Shown here: positions 27,022 through 40,659 of the stretch, in pieces
How positions within the stretch are numbered: the stretch's first letter is position 1
How the letters are laid out: each line of letters opens with the position of its first letter
The notes under the pieces: model-generated
Databases searched by the model: none
What the model was told of the DNA's origin: nothing
The model's input: only the letters and a program-made list of their open reading frames with translations
Assembly (NCBI RefSeq): GCF_036321535.1
Contig: NC_087436.1
Span: 53,632,001-53,696,000, forward strand
Reading direction: 5' to 3'
DNA: 64,000 nt
Source: Camelus dromedarius
Lineage: Eukaryota
Position numbers and translations under genes: made by a program

Positions 27022-30000
27022 CACCAAGAAATTTTGGAATTATGGTACAATACCGTCATCCACTGTCTTAGAAATTTGTACAGAGAGCAAGAGATGCAAG
27101 TAAATGGGCTTACAAGTTTTTAGTAAGGTAGACTTGAATACTAAAATATGTCAGAAGGGACATAGAGAGACTTAAGCTGTTACTGACATTATTCCATTTG
27201 TGGGTAAAATAATTTTTCTGGCCACAGGAATGAAAAATTTTAGACTTTGCATTAGTATGTTGCTTTGACTTTATTGAAGTTGTTGAAATAAAAGTAAACT
27301 ATTTGGTTTTTTTTTTTTTTTTTTAAGGATTTGTTAAAACTACTAAAGCAGGAAAAAGATTTATGAAGCCAGCAGTCTGGAGTGACATTTGCACATTATT
27401 CGCAATTTAAAAGGATTATTTTTACACCTGCTGTTCTGCTCCACTGTTTTGTTTTGTTTTTTAATATTCATTTGAAGTACATTTTAACCATAATGATATC
27501 TGTTTTGAACACATTTTATTGACAGTGGATTTAACTTCCCGTGGTGCACCTTTGGCAAACATTTTAGAACAATGTTTCTCAGGTTATTGTATTTCATGGG
27601 TCAGTAAGATATAAAATTCTAAAATTGGGGAGGGGAGTTTCCAAACTTTTAATTTTGTCAAATGGGGCAAAATAAAAGCAACTAGCAAAAATAGTTAATA
27701 GACAAATAGAGAAAAAAAAGTAAATGGAAAAATAGTTTCTATTAGGTGCTTTTCAATAAAGAGTTGTTTAGTCAGGCAAGTTTAGAAGATCCTGAATACT
27801 GTATTTCCCCTTGGAAGTTTAAAAGTGATTAGCAAGAAACCCCCCTAAAAACAAACAGAAAAAGCAACCAGCATCTACCATCTCCATAAGGTAAAAAAAA
27901 GAACATTTTAACACCATAAATTGAGAAAGGAGATAACACCAGAATAAAAATTATTTCAATTTTAGCTTCATAAAAGCTTAACTGCATTGCTCCCTTTTTC
28001 CTCAGTTTCACATGGACAAGGGACAGTTTTATTACAAAACTCCTTTGGTTCAGGGACAGCCACTGTTTCTGCTAGTGTGTGAGGGGTTTCCTTGCCTGGG
28101 AGGCTGAGGTCCTGGTAGGTGCGTGTGCCTGGCTGAGGCAGTGGTTCAGAGGCCGCTTCTATGCTGCAGTGTTTGAGAGAAGAGGTAAGGTTTAGTTTGT
28201 TTTATTTTGTGTTTTAATATCCCTCATGATTTCTTTTACATTTTCTCTTACCTCCTTTTCCCCCCTTCATTGACAGTTTATTCACTTGCTTCCTCTATTC
28301 TAACTGGAAAACTGAGAACCAAAATTACATGACACACTTTCAGATAAAGCAAGGCCGTACAGGGAAAGGCCCATCCTCCGTGGAAGTCAGAGCACGCGAG
28401 GGAGGGCAGGGTGGGATTGCCGTCCTAAATGTCCTTTGTGAATTTGGCACGTTAGACATCCCTCACCATCACCTCAGCCTTTGCCAGCTCAGGAAGGAAG
28501 CACTTTGAATCAATTATTCTTTGAAATATTACTTTCAGTGACTGTGAGTTAGTAACGTTTTGCTTGACTGCTTCTCATGACCTATTTACAAAGCCTGTTT
28601 TAAAAATATGCCCGGTTTGACACTTAGGGTCTATTGACAATATGGAAACATGAGTAGAAAAAGGTATGAAAACTAACAAAAAATAACAAACCTAATATAT
28701 ATATTTTAACATACAGGAATAGTCTTAAAATCTAGACCTCTCTGGTCCCAAATAGCAGAGTCAAGGTGAGAGCCACTGAGCTGTATCCCCATTTCTCCAT
28801 TTGGTCAGTGTCCAGGAGGCAAAGAAGAGGTCAGTCTGAAAAGGCACAAAATGGGGACCAGCACAAGCCCATCTGTGTTTACACGGGCAGACACCATCAT
28901 ATGTGACAATCCCCAGCTCGTCAGGGAAAATACATTCTTTAACATCATAAATACTAGTGTAAGCTCTTCTCATAGAGCACGCACGAGGTTATCTGTGTCC
29001 CCTTGTATGAGCCCCAGATGCTGGGGAGGTGTTTACTGGTCATACTGCACCTAGATTCATGATTCTTCACAGATCAAGTCTGCAGCTGCCCTCTTGATCT
29101 CTGTCTTTGGCTTCCTGATGGGCAGACAACTCATTTCATGTGAAAGAACCAAAAACACGGCTGGAGAGGTAGGTACCTTTCTGGGTAGGTTACCTGTTTC
29201 AGCAAAAAATTTTCTATCAAATTAGGTAAAATTTCACCAGTTGTGAAGCAAATAATACATGAATTCAGTCTTGTCACCTTCTTTGCAGCCCCCCGGTTAT
29301 CTGCTCAGAATCACATGCAGATGTTTTTATTTATTTTACTTTTACTTCTATTTGAATAGGGAATATAATTCCGTAGTGTAAAATTTGAAAATACAAAAGG
29401 GACCCCAGCGTATGGCCTCCTTCAGTCCATGTCCCCCAGCCATCTAGTATCCGTTTCTAATTAGCAGTTTCTTGTCTACCTTATTGGGGAAGGACAGGGG
29501 GAGAATGTTTCCTGCTCACCTACATGGTTTACAGGCAGAGGGTTTCTTTCTAACTCTCCTGGCCTTTGACACTATCTCTTGCTCCTCCCCTGAGAATGGA
29601 GTGAATTATGTTTAGGAGAGAAATTAGTGTGTGGAGCTTTACTTCCTCTCCTTCCTTTTGGGAGCCAAGATGCTCCAGCAAAGACTTTTTGCTCTGCAAC
29701 TTCATGTTGGAAGATGTACAGGGGCGGCTCTCACATGAGGAGGCTTGTGAAGGCCCAGCCTAGGTGGACCAGGCTGCTTGCTTCTGGTTTTGGGACTGGG
29801 AACCCTACTGCTGACCCATTTCTGACTTATGTTCTCTGATAGGAGCTTTATCAATAATGAGACATTATTTGAATTCTTTTGCTACTTTTTGTTTCCTGTC
29901 AACCACAACATATCCTTATATGTAGATATAGACACGTATAAATTGTCCCCTCTTCTTTAAAAAGTGAGTGGTCGTGTGCTAAGTGCCCTGCTCTGTGTCT

Positions 30001-30505
30001 AGGCGATCACTTACTATCAGTATGTAAAGAATATCCTCGTTTTTCTTTATGGATGCATAGAATTCCCTTGTGTGGAAGGATCAGAATTTATTTAATCAGT
30101 CCCTGATTAATAGATATTTAGGCTATTTCCAATCTTTTGATATTTCTAATACACTATAATGAATGACCTTGTATATATGTCATTTTGCATAAATGCCAGT
30201 ATTATATTACCTACCTGACAAAATTCTGCAATTAGAATTGCTGAGTTAAAATTTGCATGTGCATTTGGGTGCATTTCTGGTCTTTGAAATTATTCTCTTG
30301 AGTTGTCTACTTGGTCATACAACATTACTCAACTGTGACTTTATAATAAATGTTAATATCCAGTATGGTATTTTTAAAAAATGACTATTTTTGCTGTTTG
30401 TATCTTAATTGAAATCACATTAAATTTTTGCACTGAAATTATTTCCTCCTATGATATGTCTTTTTAATTATTTAAGACTCTTTTTGTGTCCCTTAGTAAA
30501 GTTTT

Positions 30506-30656
30506 TTTTTTTTTTACTTTTTATTTTTGTATACTTTTGTGTGTGGGGGGGTTAATTAGGTTTATCTATCTATTTATTTATTTATTTAATGGAGGCTGAG
30601 CCCAGGACCTCCTGCATGCTAAGTGTGCACTCTACCATTGAGCTATATCCTCCCCC
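30506..30656 (-). mobile_element. tRNA-derived SINE
   Basis: Reverse head with a small B-box deletion; TSD agtaaagtttt at 30495 and 30657. Confidence 0.9.
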
Positions 30657-32039
30657 AGTAAAGTTTTATTTATAGAGATTGTGAACATTTATTCACAATG
30701 TTTATTCCCAAATATCTGCTATTTTTAATCTTTTAAAGTTTTTGCTTTTTACTTTGAAGAAAAAAACTTACAGAAAAGTTGCAAAAATAATACAAAGATT
30801 TCTCATATCCCCTTACCCAGATTTACCAATTTCTGACATTTTGCCACATTTACTTTATTATTGTCTTTCTTGAAATAAATGCATTTTTTTCTCCTGAATC
30901 ATTTGGGAATACATTGCATTCATCATGCCTCTTGACCCTTAATCCTCCAGTGTGTATTTCCTGCAAAGACAGTCTCTCATATAAAAACAATACAGTTATC
31001 AAACTCAGGAAATTTAGCATTGATAACAATACTATTATTTAATCTGAAGTCCATACTCCAACTTGTCAATTGTCAATGTGCCAGTGATGTCCATTGTAGG
31101 AAACTTTTTCTTTACTGAGACCAGACCCATCTAGTCCAGGATCGTGTGTTGCATTCGTTGTCGTGACTCTTCACTTTCTTTTTAGTGAACAGTTAGTTCC
31201 TCAGTCTTTGTAGTTCATGAGAATGACATCTCATTCAACAGGTCAGTTGTCTTATAGTTTGAGTTTATCTGATGTTTTCTCATGGTTAGATTCAGGATAT
31301 GAACTTTTGTGTAAATACTATTGTGTTCTCAGGGTATCGTATTCACGAGTTCATTTATGTTATTTGTTTCTAATTTTGGTGATACTAATTTTAATCATTA
31401 ACTCATTTCTTCTGTTGTATCTTCTAATTAATATATATGTGTGCATATATATGTACATGTGTTTCCGCACATCTTGTGAGCAGAGGCATTGTCTGCCTCT
31501 GCCTGGACACTCTTCAAGTTGTAGTGACCAGCCTTGGAAAATAGAAATGGTGCCTTTCTCTGGAGCAGAGGAAAATTTCATTTACTATCCAGTATTCTGG
31601 CTTTTGGAAGGAACCTATATTACGTATTTGGCTTTCTGGACCATTTGCAGTCTGATAATAGCACACCTACTATCACAAAAGCCACTCAACAATGGGCTAA
31701 TTTTTAAGAAATTCAGTGGAACTTTCATGTTCTCTCCTGTCCACAGGCACCTAGTATTGCTGAGTATTGGAATGACCTCCTAAACAACTTCAACTAAAAA
31801 ATATTTCTGATTCTACCTCCTTCACCCTTCTAGTCCACACACCTTAATAAAGCAGTTGGTCACTGAATGCAGCTGTCCCCAGAAAAGGATCGTTTCTTCT
31901 CATTGTCTTCCTGAGTGGTGATCAGGGGTTGGGTGGCTGTATAGACTTATTCGCATTCTATCCTGACCATTTCCAGGCATCAGGCACCCTTTGTTTCCTC
32001 TAACAGCAATCCTGGCCCAGCCTCGTTGGTATGCTCTCC

Positions 32040-32205
32040 AAGTGGCCATATGTCTGTTTTTGTTCCAGTACCATGCTGTTTTGATTACTGTAGCTGTGCA
32101 GTATTGTCTGAAGTCTGGGAGGGTTATGCCCCCAGTTTCGTTCTTTTTCTTCAGTATTGCCTCAGCAATTCTGGGACTTTTGCATGTAAATCTTATTTTA
32201 AAATG
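32040..32205 (-). mobile_element. L1 ORF2 fragment
   Basis: Encodes [39 protein letters not shown]. Confidence 0.9.
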
Positions 32206-33614
32206 GGTTTGTCCATCTGACACCTTTCCAGACAAATCTGGGTGCAAGTCAGGTATGATTGGAAAAAAAGATGAAGTTATAGCTACTGGACTGGGACACA
32301 GAGATTTTGTTGTAATAGAAAGCAGCAACCGAGCACCTGGGGAGGGAACACCCTAGGTCCCCGTGGTATGGAGGAGGGGCATTAGTGATCTTTTTCTTTC
32401 AGAATCATCTCTGGCACCTTCGTCATGAAAGCGCTCAAAAATGCCCTGGTGAGTTTCTCCCAAATTGTTGCAAGTGCTTTGACTTTAACTGACTGCTTGT
32501 TCTGCCATCTCCTGGGAACAAGGGAAGCCAAGAAAGTGTGATGTCCTAAAAGGCCAAGTGAAAAAAGTGATTCAAGAAGTCTGGAAAGTATCAACCGTGC
32601 AAATGTTGCTGCCAGTATGAGTAAGATGAGGACTTAGAATTGGTCACTGAGATGGTGATATAGAGGTCACTGGTCATCTTGTCTTTTTCAGTTTCAGTGA
32701 TAAGAGTCATGGCAGTGAGAAAGGAATGATAAAGCAGAGATGGCTGATTTTAAGTTTTAATTGTTTTTGGAGATATGAGGGAGAAATGAAAGCTAAATTT
32801 TCATCTTCCATGGTGGGAAGTGAATAGATGATACATAATTCCATAATTTTGGTTAGATCAATATTCAGGGTTGACTTTGACTATGTGAACCTTATCCATA
32901 GATGAACCAGGTGGTAAATTATGATGACTTTCCTTTGCTGTGCAGAATTTTGCAGAATGCCAGAGGAGTTGGAGTCTAGCACACCAGTGGAGAATTTGGC
33001 CCTAGAATTAGTTTTCTAATTTACTTTCCGCTAATGCAACTCTAAACTCTCCACCATTGTCTAAATCTCTTTTCAGAACTTTCATAAAGTTATATATTCT
33101 TGCTCATCAACAAAATTCATTCATACATTAAAATCTGAAGGAAGACAGAGTGTATGCATCCAGGTGAAGGTAAGTTGGTAGATTTGATGGAGGGATGTTG
33201 AGAAAGTTATTTTCTACTTTTATTTTATTTTTTACTGAGAAAGTTATTTTCTGATTGCAGCTGTTTTCTCAGTGGAATAAGAAGCAAGTTCATCAGTGAG
33301 AGTTAGAAAGGTCAAGGGGCTAGAAATTTAAGAAGAGAGAAGAAAGTGTGAAACAGCTGTAGAGGAAATTGGGAGAGTGAATAGACAAGGAAAATGAAAT
33401 TGGATTTCCCAGGCATGCTGGGGCCCTCTGGAGATATGTGATCATGAATTTAAAGTAATGCCCTTTAGCATATTGAGTGATTTCTCTCCAGGCATGTCAC
33501 AACTGTTCAGATTTGGGGACAGAGTAAGCAGAGCATTAGATCAGGGTTGTAACTTTGCCAGGCAAGGACAACAGAAGGTAGAAGGGATGGGAGTGGAGGT
33601 TTTATGCAAGAGAA

Positions 33615-33621
33615 ATGATGA

Positions 33622-33655
<34 letters not shown>

Positions 33656-33661
33656 GGTGGA
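33615..33661. repeat. (GAT)n(GGT)n microsatellite inside a purine-rich L2-like stretch
   Basis: Direct inspection. Confidence 0.95.
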
Positions 33662-34129
33662 GGATCCTGGCATGTAAACTGGATGAGGAAGGAAATGAGG
33701 ATGTAAAGGGGTTGCTGGACAGTCAAAAGGTAGTGGAGTGGATGGAGTGGATATTCTGGGAAGGGCAAAGAATTGTTGGAGTGATGGTAGTTGAGGAAGT
33801 GAAAAAGAAATAAAAGATTTGAAGGTGATACAGTTGTTGGGAATGAGTGTCTAATTATGACTATGAGTGAGGTCAGGATGGGCAAAGTGGTGGGATCCTG
33901 CGGTTGCTTGATGTGTAGAGCACACGGCAATGGGATGACAAGTGAAGAACCCTTTATTGCACTAACTTTACCTGCCTTAACGAGGAACTTTATTATGGGT
34001 CATCTGTTTAGGAGACCCAAGCTAACATGGCACCCTGCTGTGGCTAAGACAGCTGAAGGGAAAAAAAAGCCCTCCACCTAAATAAATATCACTCCAAGTA
34101 TCTGAAACTATTTTTAAAATATCTTTATC

Positions 34130-34545
34130 CACTAATGGATAAATGGATAAATAGAATGTGCTACATCTGTAAGATAAAATATCATTTGGAAATAAAAAGT
34201 CATGAAGTATTGATACATGCTACAAAGTAGATATACCTTGAAAACATTAAGGTAGGTGAAAGAAGCCAGTCACAAATGACCTCATACTGTGTGATTTCAC
34301 GTATATGAAATGTCCAGGACAGGCAAATCTGTAGACATAGGAAATAGACTGCTGATTTCCTCAGGCTGGGGAAGAGAGGATGAGGGGAAATATGGAGTGA
34401 CTGTTAATGGATTTGGGATTTCCTCTAAGGTGATGAAAATGTTTTAAAATTCTAAACTAGACTAAGCTATACTATAAAACCACTGAATTGGGCACTTTCG
34501 ATGGATGGTATGTGAATTACATCTCGATAGAGCTGTTATTTTTAA
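34130..34545 (+). mobile_element. L1MB 3' end
   Basis: aatggataaat..gtgaaagaagccagtcacaaa..gtatgtgaattacatctc. Confidence 0.85.
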
Positions 34546-37249
34546 AAATGAGAAATAAATCTTCAAATAATCAGCAGCTGAGTAAGATACCTGAGAAACC
34601 TGATACTCAAACAAACTGCTTAAAGGCCGCTGCTTAGAGCCGAGATTTAAACCGGGGTTGGGAGCTCTGGGGTCAAACTCCCAACTTCACAGTACGCTGC
34701 GTGTTGACATTGCTGATACGGTGTTTGTCCTGTTTTCCCTGCTATTGTCTCTTAGTGTGTTATGAACGTGTTCTTTCAAGGGTGGAAGGAGGGCGAATGT
34801 ATGAGTAGAACGACTGTCCTCAGCAGGAACATGCTGGTGAAAGGTGGAGGGAACTGTGACTGGGGTGAGGGGACGGTTCTCTAAATTTCGAACCGCTTCT
34901 GCTGGTGTGTGATTGTGCACGGGCGTTCTGTGGTTTGAGGTCTTTTGTATTCACTATATTGTGTTCTTGCCTTTATTAATTAAACAAAAAAGTTCTGGAC
35001 ATCTAGGATATGCCACTCACTGTCTTCTAAAATTTAAGAGAAATTACTAGTGCCTAGCTACTTCTTCCTCCTAAGAATTCCAAGAGAACTGAGCTGGAAC
35101 CTGTTGATAACTGTGCTTGAACCAGCAGTTCAGTCTTGAGCTCTGCATGTTGTAACTGATTCTCTAAACCTATATGAAATGAATCTCTCCTAAGCAGTCT
35201 TTAAAAGGATGTTTCTAGTAAAGAGCATGTTTAAAACTGTCAGATGGTATTTTTTTTTCTTTTTGTTGGATAAGGATGGGTTGGTTATTTCAGCATTTGA
35301 ATTGCCTCTTATGGAAATGCTATGGGTTTTTAGCACCATTAGCATTGTTAAGTATAGTGTAGCCTACTTGTACATCTGTATACAAGAGAGTCAATAACCA
35401 GGAGCATGTCCCTCTCTCTCTATCTATACCACTTTTTTTTAAAGCTTATAAACTCTCCTACCTATTCTATGGTTAAAGGATGATTCATAGAACTGATGGT
35501 GACTTAGAAGTGCTCCAGTCTAGTTCTTCTATAATGTAGTTGGGGAAACTGAGGCTCAGAGATACTGAGATTTGCTGGGAGTACCTGCCATCTGGGGGCC
35601 TATTGTCTCCAGTCACTTTACTTTTAAATTTCAACAAAATGGTTATTACAAGCCATGTTGTTATTTTGTGATGAGTGCTTCCAGATTTTCTACCAAGAGA
35701 AGCTTAGATGAGGAAACTGGATAGATGTGAGGCACTGAAGGTACAGTTTTTCTTTGCACCTTATAAGATTTTGAGAAAAATATCAGTTATGAATATCAAA
35801 TAAAAGGGTAGGGCTAAAAATCCCTAAGCATCCTTCTTGGTGCAGCCATTAGAATTTACTTTTGTCACAAGTTGTGTTTGAGTTGTTCTTCATCAATCTA
35901 ATACCCAACCCCCAAATTTATTTCACCGTGTGTTCCCAAACACGGTACCTTACAAAAGTAATATATACGTGCTCGTAAAGGAAAATTCGGCAAACAAAAG
36001 GAAAATTATTTAGAACTTCAATAATCCCACACCACTAGAGCCACCCACTATCTACCTGTTGTTTCATATATTTTTAGCACAAATATACTTTTATATATGT
36101 ATATAAATGGGATTATATTGTAAATTGCATTTTTAATTTATTCATAAGTTTGGGGAATCTTTCCATATTATTAGGTGTGTTTTTGTGCCCAGTGGGGGTT
36201 TTTCTGGTTTGCTTCTGTATTAGAAAAATACCTCCAAGAGAGCATTCTCATACCCAGCACCTGCTCCATGCTGTGCCTGGCCTAAGGAGTGTGCTGAACA
36301 GGGCAGGTGTAGTCCTTACATTCTAGGGGGGGACACAAGCAACACGCAAGTAGCTGTATGGAATAGTTGATCTCTAGCTTAAGATATATGAGGTCAGTGA
36401 GAAGGGAGCTCCGGGAGAGTCAGAAGGCATCAGCTTTAGAGAGAGTGATCAGAAAAGCCTCTGAAGGGGTGGCACTACACAGACCGAGGCGGACGAGACG
36501 TTTCACAGGCAAAAGCAGGATGTGTAGTTGTGTGATGAAACACTTCATTGCCAAAGTCCTGAGTGGTGGAAGAACTTAATCATAAACTTCAATCAGAGGA
36601 AAAGTACATGAACTGAAAAAATGATTTAAGGCCCCATCCCATGCATTCATTGTATGGATTCTGGCAGAACCATTTTGATTATTTCAACCTTGACGATACA
36701 GAGTGGATGGCAGGGAAGTGTCCTCCTAGGGCTAGGATGGGACAGAACCAATGCTTAGAACCTGGAACTCAGTCCAGGACTCTTTTTACCATTGATTATA
36801 AGGGTCACCTTGTTCAGATGGACTCAGATTTGAACCCCTAATCAATGAAATAGAGCAGGCAGAGTGGGTGTGGTGAAGTCTGGCCTAGGTCTGAATCTCA
36901 GCTACATACTAATGTAATCTTGGACAAGTAATTTAGTGCTTTCAAATCTCAGCTTTCTCATTTACAAAGCAGCAATAATGCTTCTTGCCTTCTGGGGCCG
37001 TTGTGAACTTTAAAGATGAGATGGGTGAGCCCTTAGCATAGTCGTAAGTTGTCAGAAATTCTTACCAAATTCATCTGAGAATTTAGCTATGGATGATATC
37101 TAGTTATAATCTATTAAAATAGACTTTATATGCACTTTGTTTCTGAGGTGATTGAGGTTATAAGAAAAAAGTGAATACTCTTATATGAAGATGCTTGGAG
37201 ATACAGGGATTTTTTTTTTTAATGTCTGTGGTATTTTAAAGCTAAACAG

Positions 37250-37790
37250 TTATACTATTGTGGAAACTGAGCCCCTCTCTCCCAGAGAGCCCACAAGAGT
37301 TCCTGGTCTGTGTTCCTGCTTTGCTCAAAACTAGTCCTGTCCTGCTTTTGCAGCTTTGGTCATTTCTATTTTATATTGTAATGCTGACCACATGTGACAG
37401 AGCAGGAGTGTTCATCAAACACGCCGCAGCGAGCTCAGCGGCTCCGGCACACTCACCTGTGACGGCCCCGGATCCCTGGGAACACTGAGCGCCACGTGAG
37501 CAGGAGAGCTTCACAGACACACGTTAACGGTGTGTGTCCAGGTTCATGTTGTCACCTTTTGAAAAGCATAGTTACTGTTCTTTTTGAAAATGAGTGAGCA
37601 TATAGAATACATTTGTTAGTTGGTCTTTCTTGTCTGTGTTTTTTTTTTTTTCAAACCAGACGTTCAATCTCTGAATCTCCTTGGGAAAAAAATCATCCCT
37701 CCCTTTAAAAAATCAGTTTAGTTATAAGAAATATGGAATAACGAATCCCCGTTCACAGGGAATAACTCTGCCTTGAACTAATAACATAGA
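37250..37790 (-). pseudogene. Terminal pseudo-exons (37700-37790 and 37250-37435)
   Basis: [26 protein letters not shown] vs [51 protein letters not shown]..LSF vs GATLCVI..SLRQTVVRLELED..QTANA..LFF (GREB1 C-terminus). Confidence 0.8.
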
Positions 37791-37901
37791 CAGGAGAGTC
37801 TCCTTGTCTAGTACTGAATACTTCAGTGACTCCTTACACTTCTTTCCTCACTCACCCAAAGCACCTCTGCTTTATTTTAGGGAGGAAAAGGACTAATACT
37901 T

Positions 37902-38186
37902 CTCTTTTTTTTTAAATTGAAGTGTAGTCAGTTTACAGTGTTGTGTTAATTTCTGGTGTACAGCATAGGCATTCAGTTATACATATATACATATGTTCCT
38001 TTTCACATTCTTTTTCATTATAGTCCAGGGTATTGAATATAGTTCCCTGTGCTCTACCCTAGGACCTTGTTGTTTATCTTTTATATATGCATAGTCGTGT
38101 GTACTGTGAATCCCGAAATCCTGATTTATCTCTCCTCACCCCAATTTCTCCCTTGGTAACCATACGTTTGTTTTCTATGTTTGCGA
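37902..38186 (-). mobile_element. Truncated lineage L1 3' end
   Basis: ttgaagtgtagtcagtttaca..; TSD core aaggactaata at 37888 and 38190. Confidence 0.85.
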
Positions 38187-38679
38187 GGGAAGGACTAATA
38201 TTTAAGGAAAAATTGTAGTTTCTGTTGACTCCAGCCAACCAGAGAGTCATGTAGACTAGCGGAAACTTCTAGCTTTATTTCTTCACACGCACACCTGCAC
38301 ACGCACACACATGCAGAGAATGTGGAGGATGTAAAGCATCAACACTTTGAGAGATGAGCAGCAGCAGCAGAACCTAGAGAAGGGGGTTGAAATGGGGCCG
38401 TGGGGAAGAGACAGTGAGGTCTCCATATTTTTATGCAGAAGAAAGAGGGTATAAAGGACAGCACGGTGGGAGAGATAGTCATGGCAAAGGAGGAGAAAAT
38501 GCAGAGACGGGAAGCGAGAAGGAAAGAAGGAAAGAAGAAATACAGGGAAAGTTAGTTAGACGAGCACTGGATTGGATTTTGAGTCATTTGATTCAGCTTT
38601 CACGGGGCTGTTCCCTTGCTTGGGGTGTCTCCCAGCTTTAGTGCAGTGGACATGCCTATGTTCCCATGGTCTTATTGTC

Positions 38680-39905
38680 CCAAAGTGCTGCTTATGTGAC
38701 TAACAGTTATGCATATTTCCCCAATTGCTCTAATCCTTAAAGGTTCAATTTTGAACAGCTCCGACAGTAGAAATTATCTGCAAGATATGTTGTTAGTACA
38801 GCACCATCTTGATCTGGTCCCTTGAGCCCAAGGGTTTTTTTGTTTTTTTAAGATAGAGTTCAAATTTCTTAAACTGGCATCTAAGGACTCACTGATCTCT
38901 GCTCGTCTCCCTTGTTATCCCAGCAAAAGTCAGTTACTTTGGCAAGACAGGCTGCTCTTTCTCCTACCAACTTGGTACCATTCCCTCCATTCTGGAATTG
39001 GCTTCCTCTCTGCCTTCCTTTTCTTTTGGGGTCTTGCCCCAAACTCACCTGCTCCGTGTTTTCTGATCATTCCAGCCTATGGCAATCTTTTTCTCCACTG
39101 AGATCTTACAACATCCATGGTTTGTACCATTAATCTGGTGCTTAACCACACATGACATTGCCTTTTATTGCTAGTGCTAACCTGATGGTAGCTGCTTGCA
39201 GAAAAGGTTAGGTCTTACTTGTTTTATAAGCTAGCGTTCAGCAAAGTATTCTGTCAGATATTGAGATTCTATTAGGGGACCTTGGGCACATTCATAAATG
39301 ATCATAGTCTCAATTTTTTCATCTGTAAAATGGAAATAATAGTAGTTCCCTTACAAATGTGAGATTTATTTATTTATTTACTTATTTATTAAATTTGTTT
39401 ATTAAATTTATTTATTTTTTTTAAAATTTTTTTGGTGGGGGGAGGTAATTAGGTTTACTTATTTGTTTATTCTTAGAGGAGGTACTGGGGATTGAACCCA
39501 GGACCTCATGCATGCTAAGCATGTGCTCTACCACTTGAGCTATACTCTCCCCCCAAACATGAGATTTCAATGAGATTATGAACACAAAAAATTTGCACAG
39601 TGTTAGCACATAAAAATTGGTTCTAAAATGCTAATTTTTATAATAATAGCTGCTGTTAATGTTATTAATTTACCTATGATTAACATTTTATTTGCCATAA
39701 TTACAATTATAATCTGAAACAATTGATCAGTACAGAAAAGACAAGTAAGTTAAGAGCCTTCTTTTTTTTTTTTTAATTCTAGGGTTTAATTTCTTTGTCC
39801 TTTCTTTAGATTTCATATGCCTTTTCTGGTTGGTCAGCTGGTAGTCATTCAACAGGCTTTGACCAGATCTGTTTTGTAATGCTGGTGGTGCCTGCAACCA
39901 ATCAC
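38680..39905 (-). pseudogene. Pseudo-exon remnants (39840-39905 and 38680-38820)
   Basis: WLQAPPA..LLND vs FLAAPAQLLLEK; DQDGAVLT vs NHDHPVLS; ITVSHISS vs ISVCYVSS. Confidence 0.55.
39368..39554 (-). mobile_element. tRNA-derived SINE inserted in a MIR
   Basis: Full head and (TTTA)n tail; TSD aaatgtgagattt/aaacatgagattt; MIR core on both flanks (~39270-39610). Confidence 0.9.
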
Positions 39906-39974
39906 CTGTCAGAAATTTTAGCAAAAATTGTGATCCAACTTATCCACTTATCGATAAGCTCTTTTACTTCATTA

Positions 39975-40480
39975 AAGTAGAAAAATGACCTAATCTAGTT
40001 ATTAGGTAATAGCCAGGTTACCTAACAGATAATTGATGAGCTTGTGTATTTGGGACATCTACAGGTAACTTCATCTTCAGGTACAGCTAGATCAAGGATC
40101 AAATGATGCAGTCAGGGCTTTCTTTCTCAGCTCTGCTGTCCTTTGTAGTCGGCCTCATTTCTTCCCATTGCAGATGTGCTTTCTCCACTCAGTTGGGGAA
40201 GATGTCTCCTGGCAGCTCCAAGTTTACTGCTTCAGCTTAGCCAGCGTCCTGTGACCCTCACTGTGTAGCTTGGATATTGTGGACTAATTACTATGCTTTC
40301 ATTGGCCACAACTGAGTCATATGCCTATTCTTGTGTTTTGTGGGCTGGGGATGGCTCCACCTGAACCACATGGGCCAAGAATGAGGAAGTGGTGTTATTT
40401 CAAAGGGCAATCAGGATGCTCTCACCAGTTGAAGGAGGAATGGACACCTAACAGGCTGAAACTTTAGGTGTTCACATCCA
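39975..40480. mobile_element. MLT1J/K-like LTR
   Basis: cttcaggtacagctagatc..ggcagctccaag..cattggcca..gagtcatatgcc. Confidence 0.65.
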
Positions 40481-40659
40481 CCTTGTTACCCATGTAGCCT
40501 GATTATATCTCTACTCAGTGGCAACTTCTCTTCACTTTTTGGTGTATGGGAAGAGTCTCAGTCAGAGTTCTTGGCGTAAAAGCAAGGTTCTGGTTAGTGT
40601 CTGGCATTTTGTCAGTGAAACCAGGAACAAGACCTTTTCCTGAGTCTGTTTGCCTGAGA

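Noticed and set aside
31217..31783. 188-aa ORF
   Set aside because: Starts in an old antisense L1 3' UTR, with no recognisable domain.
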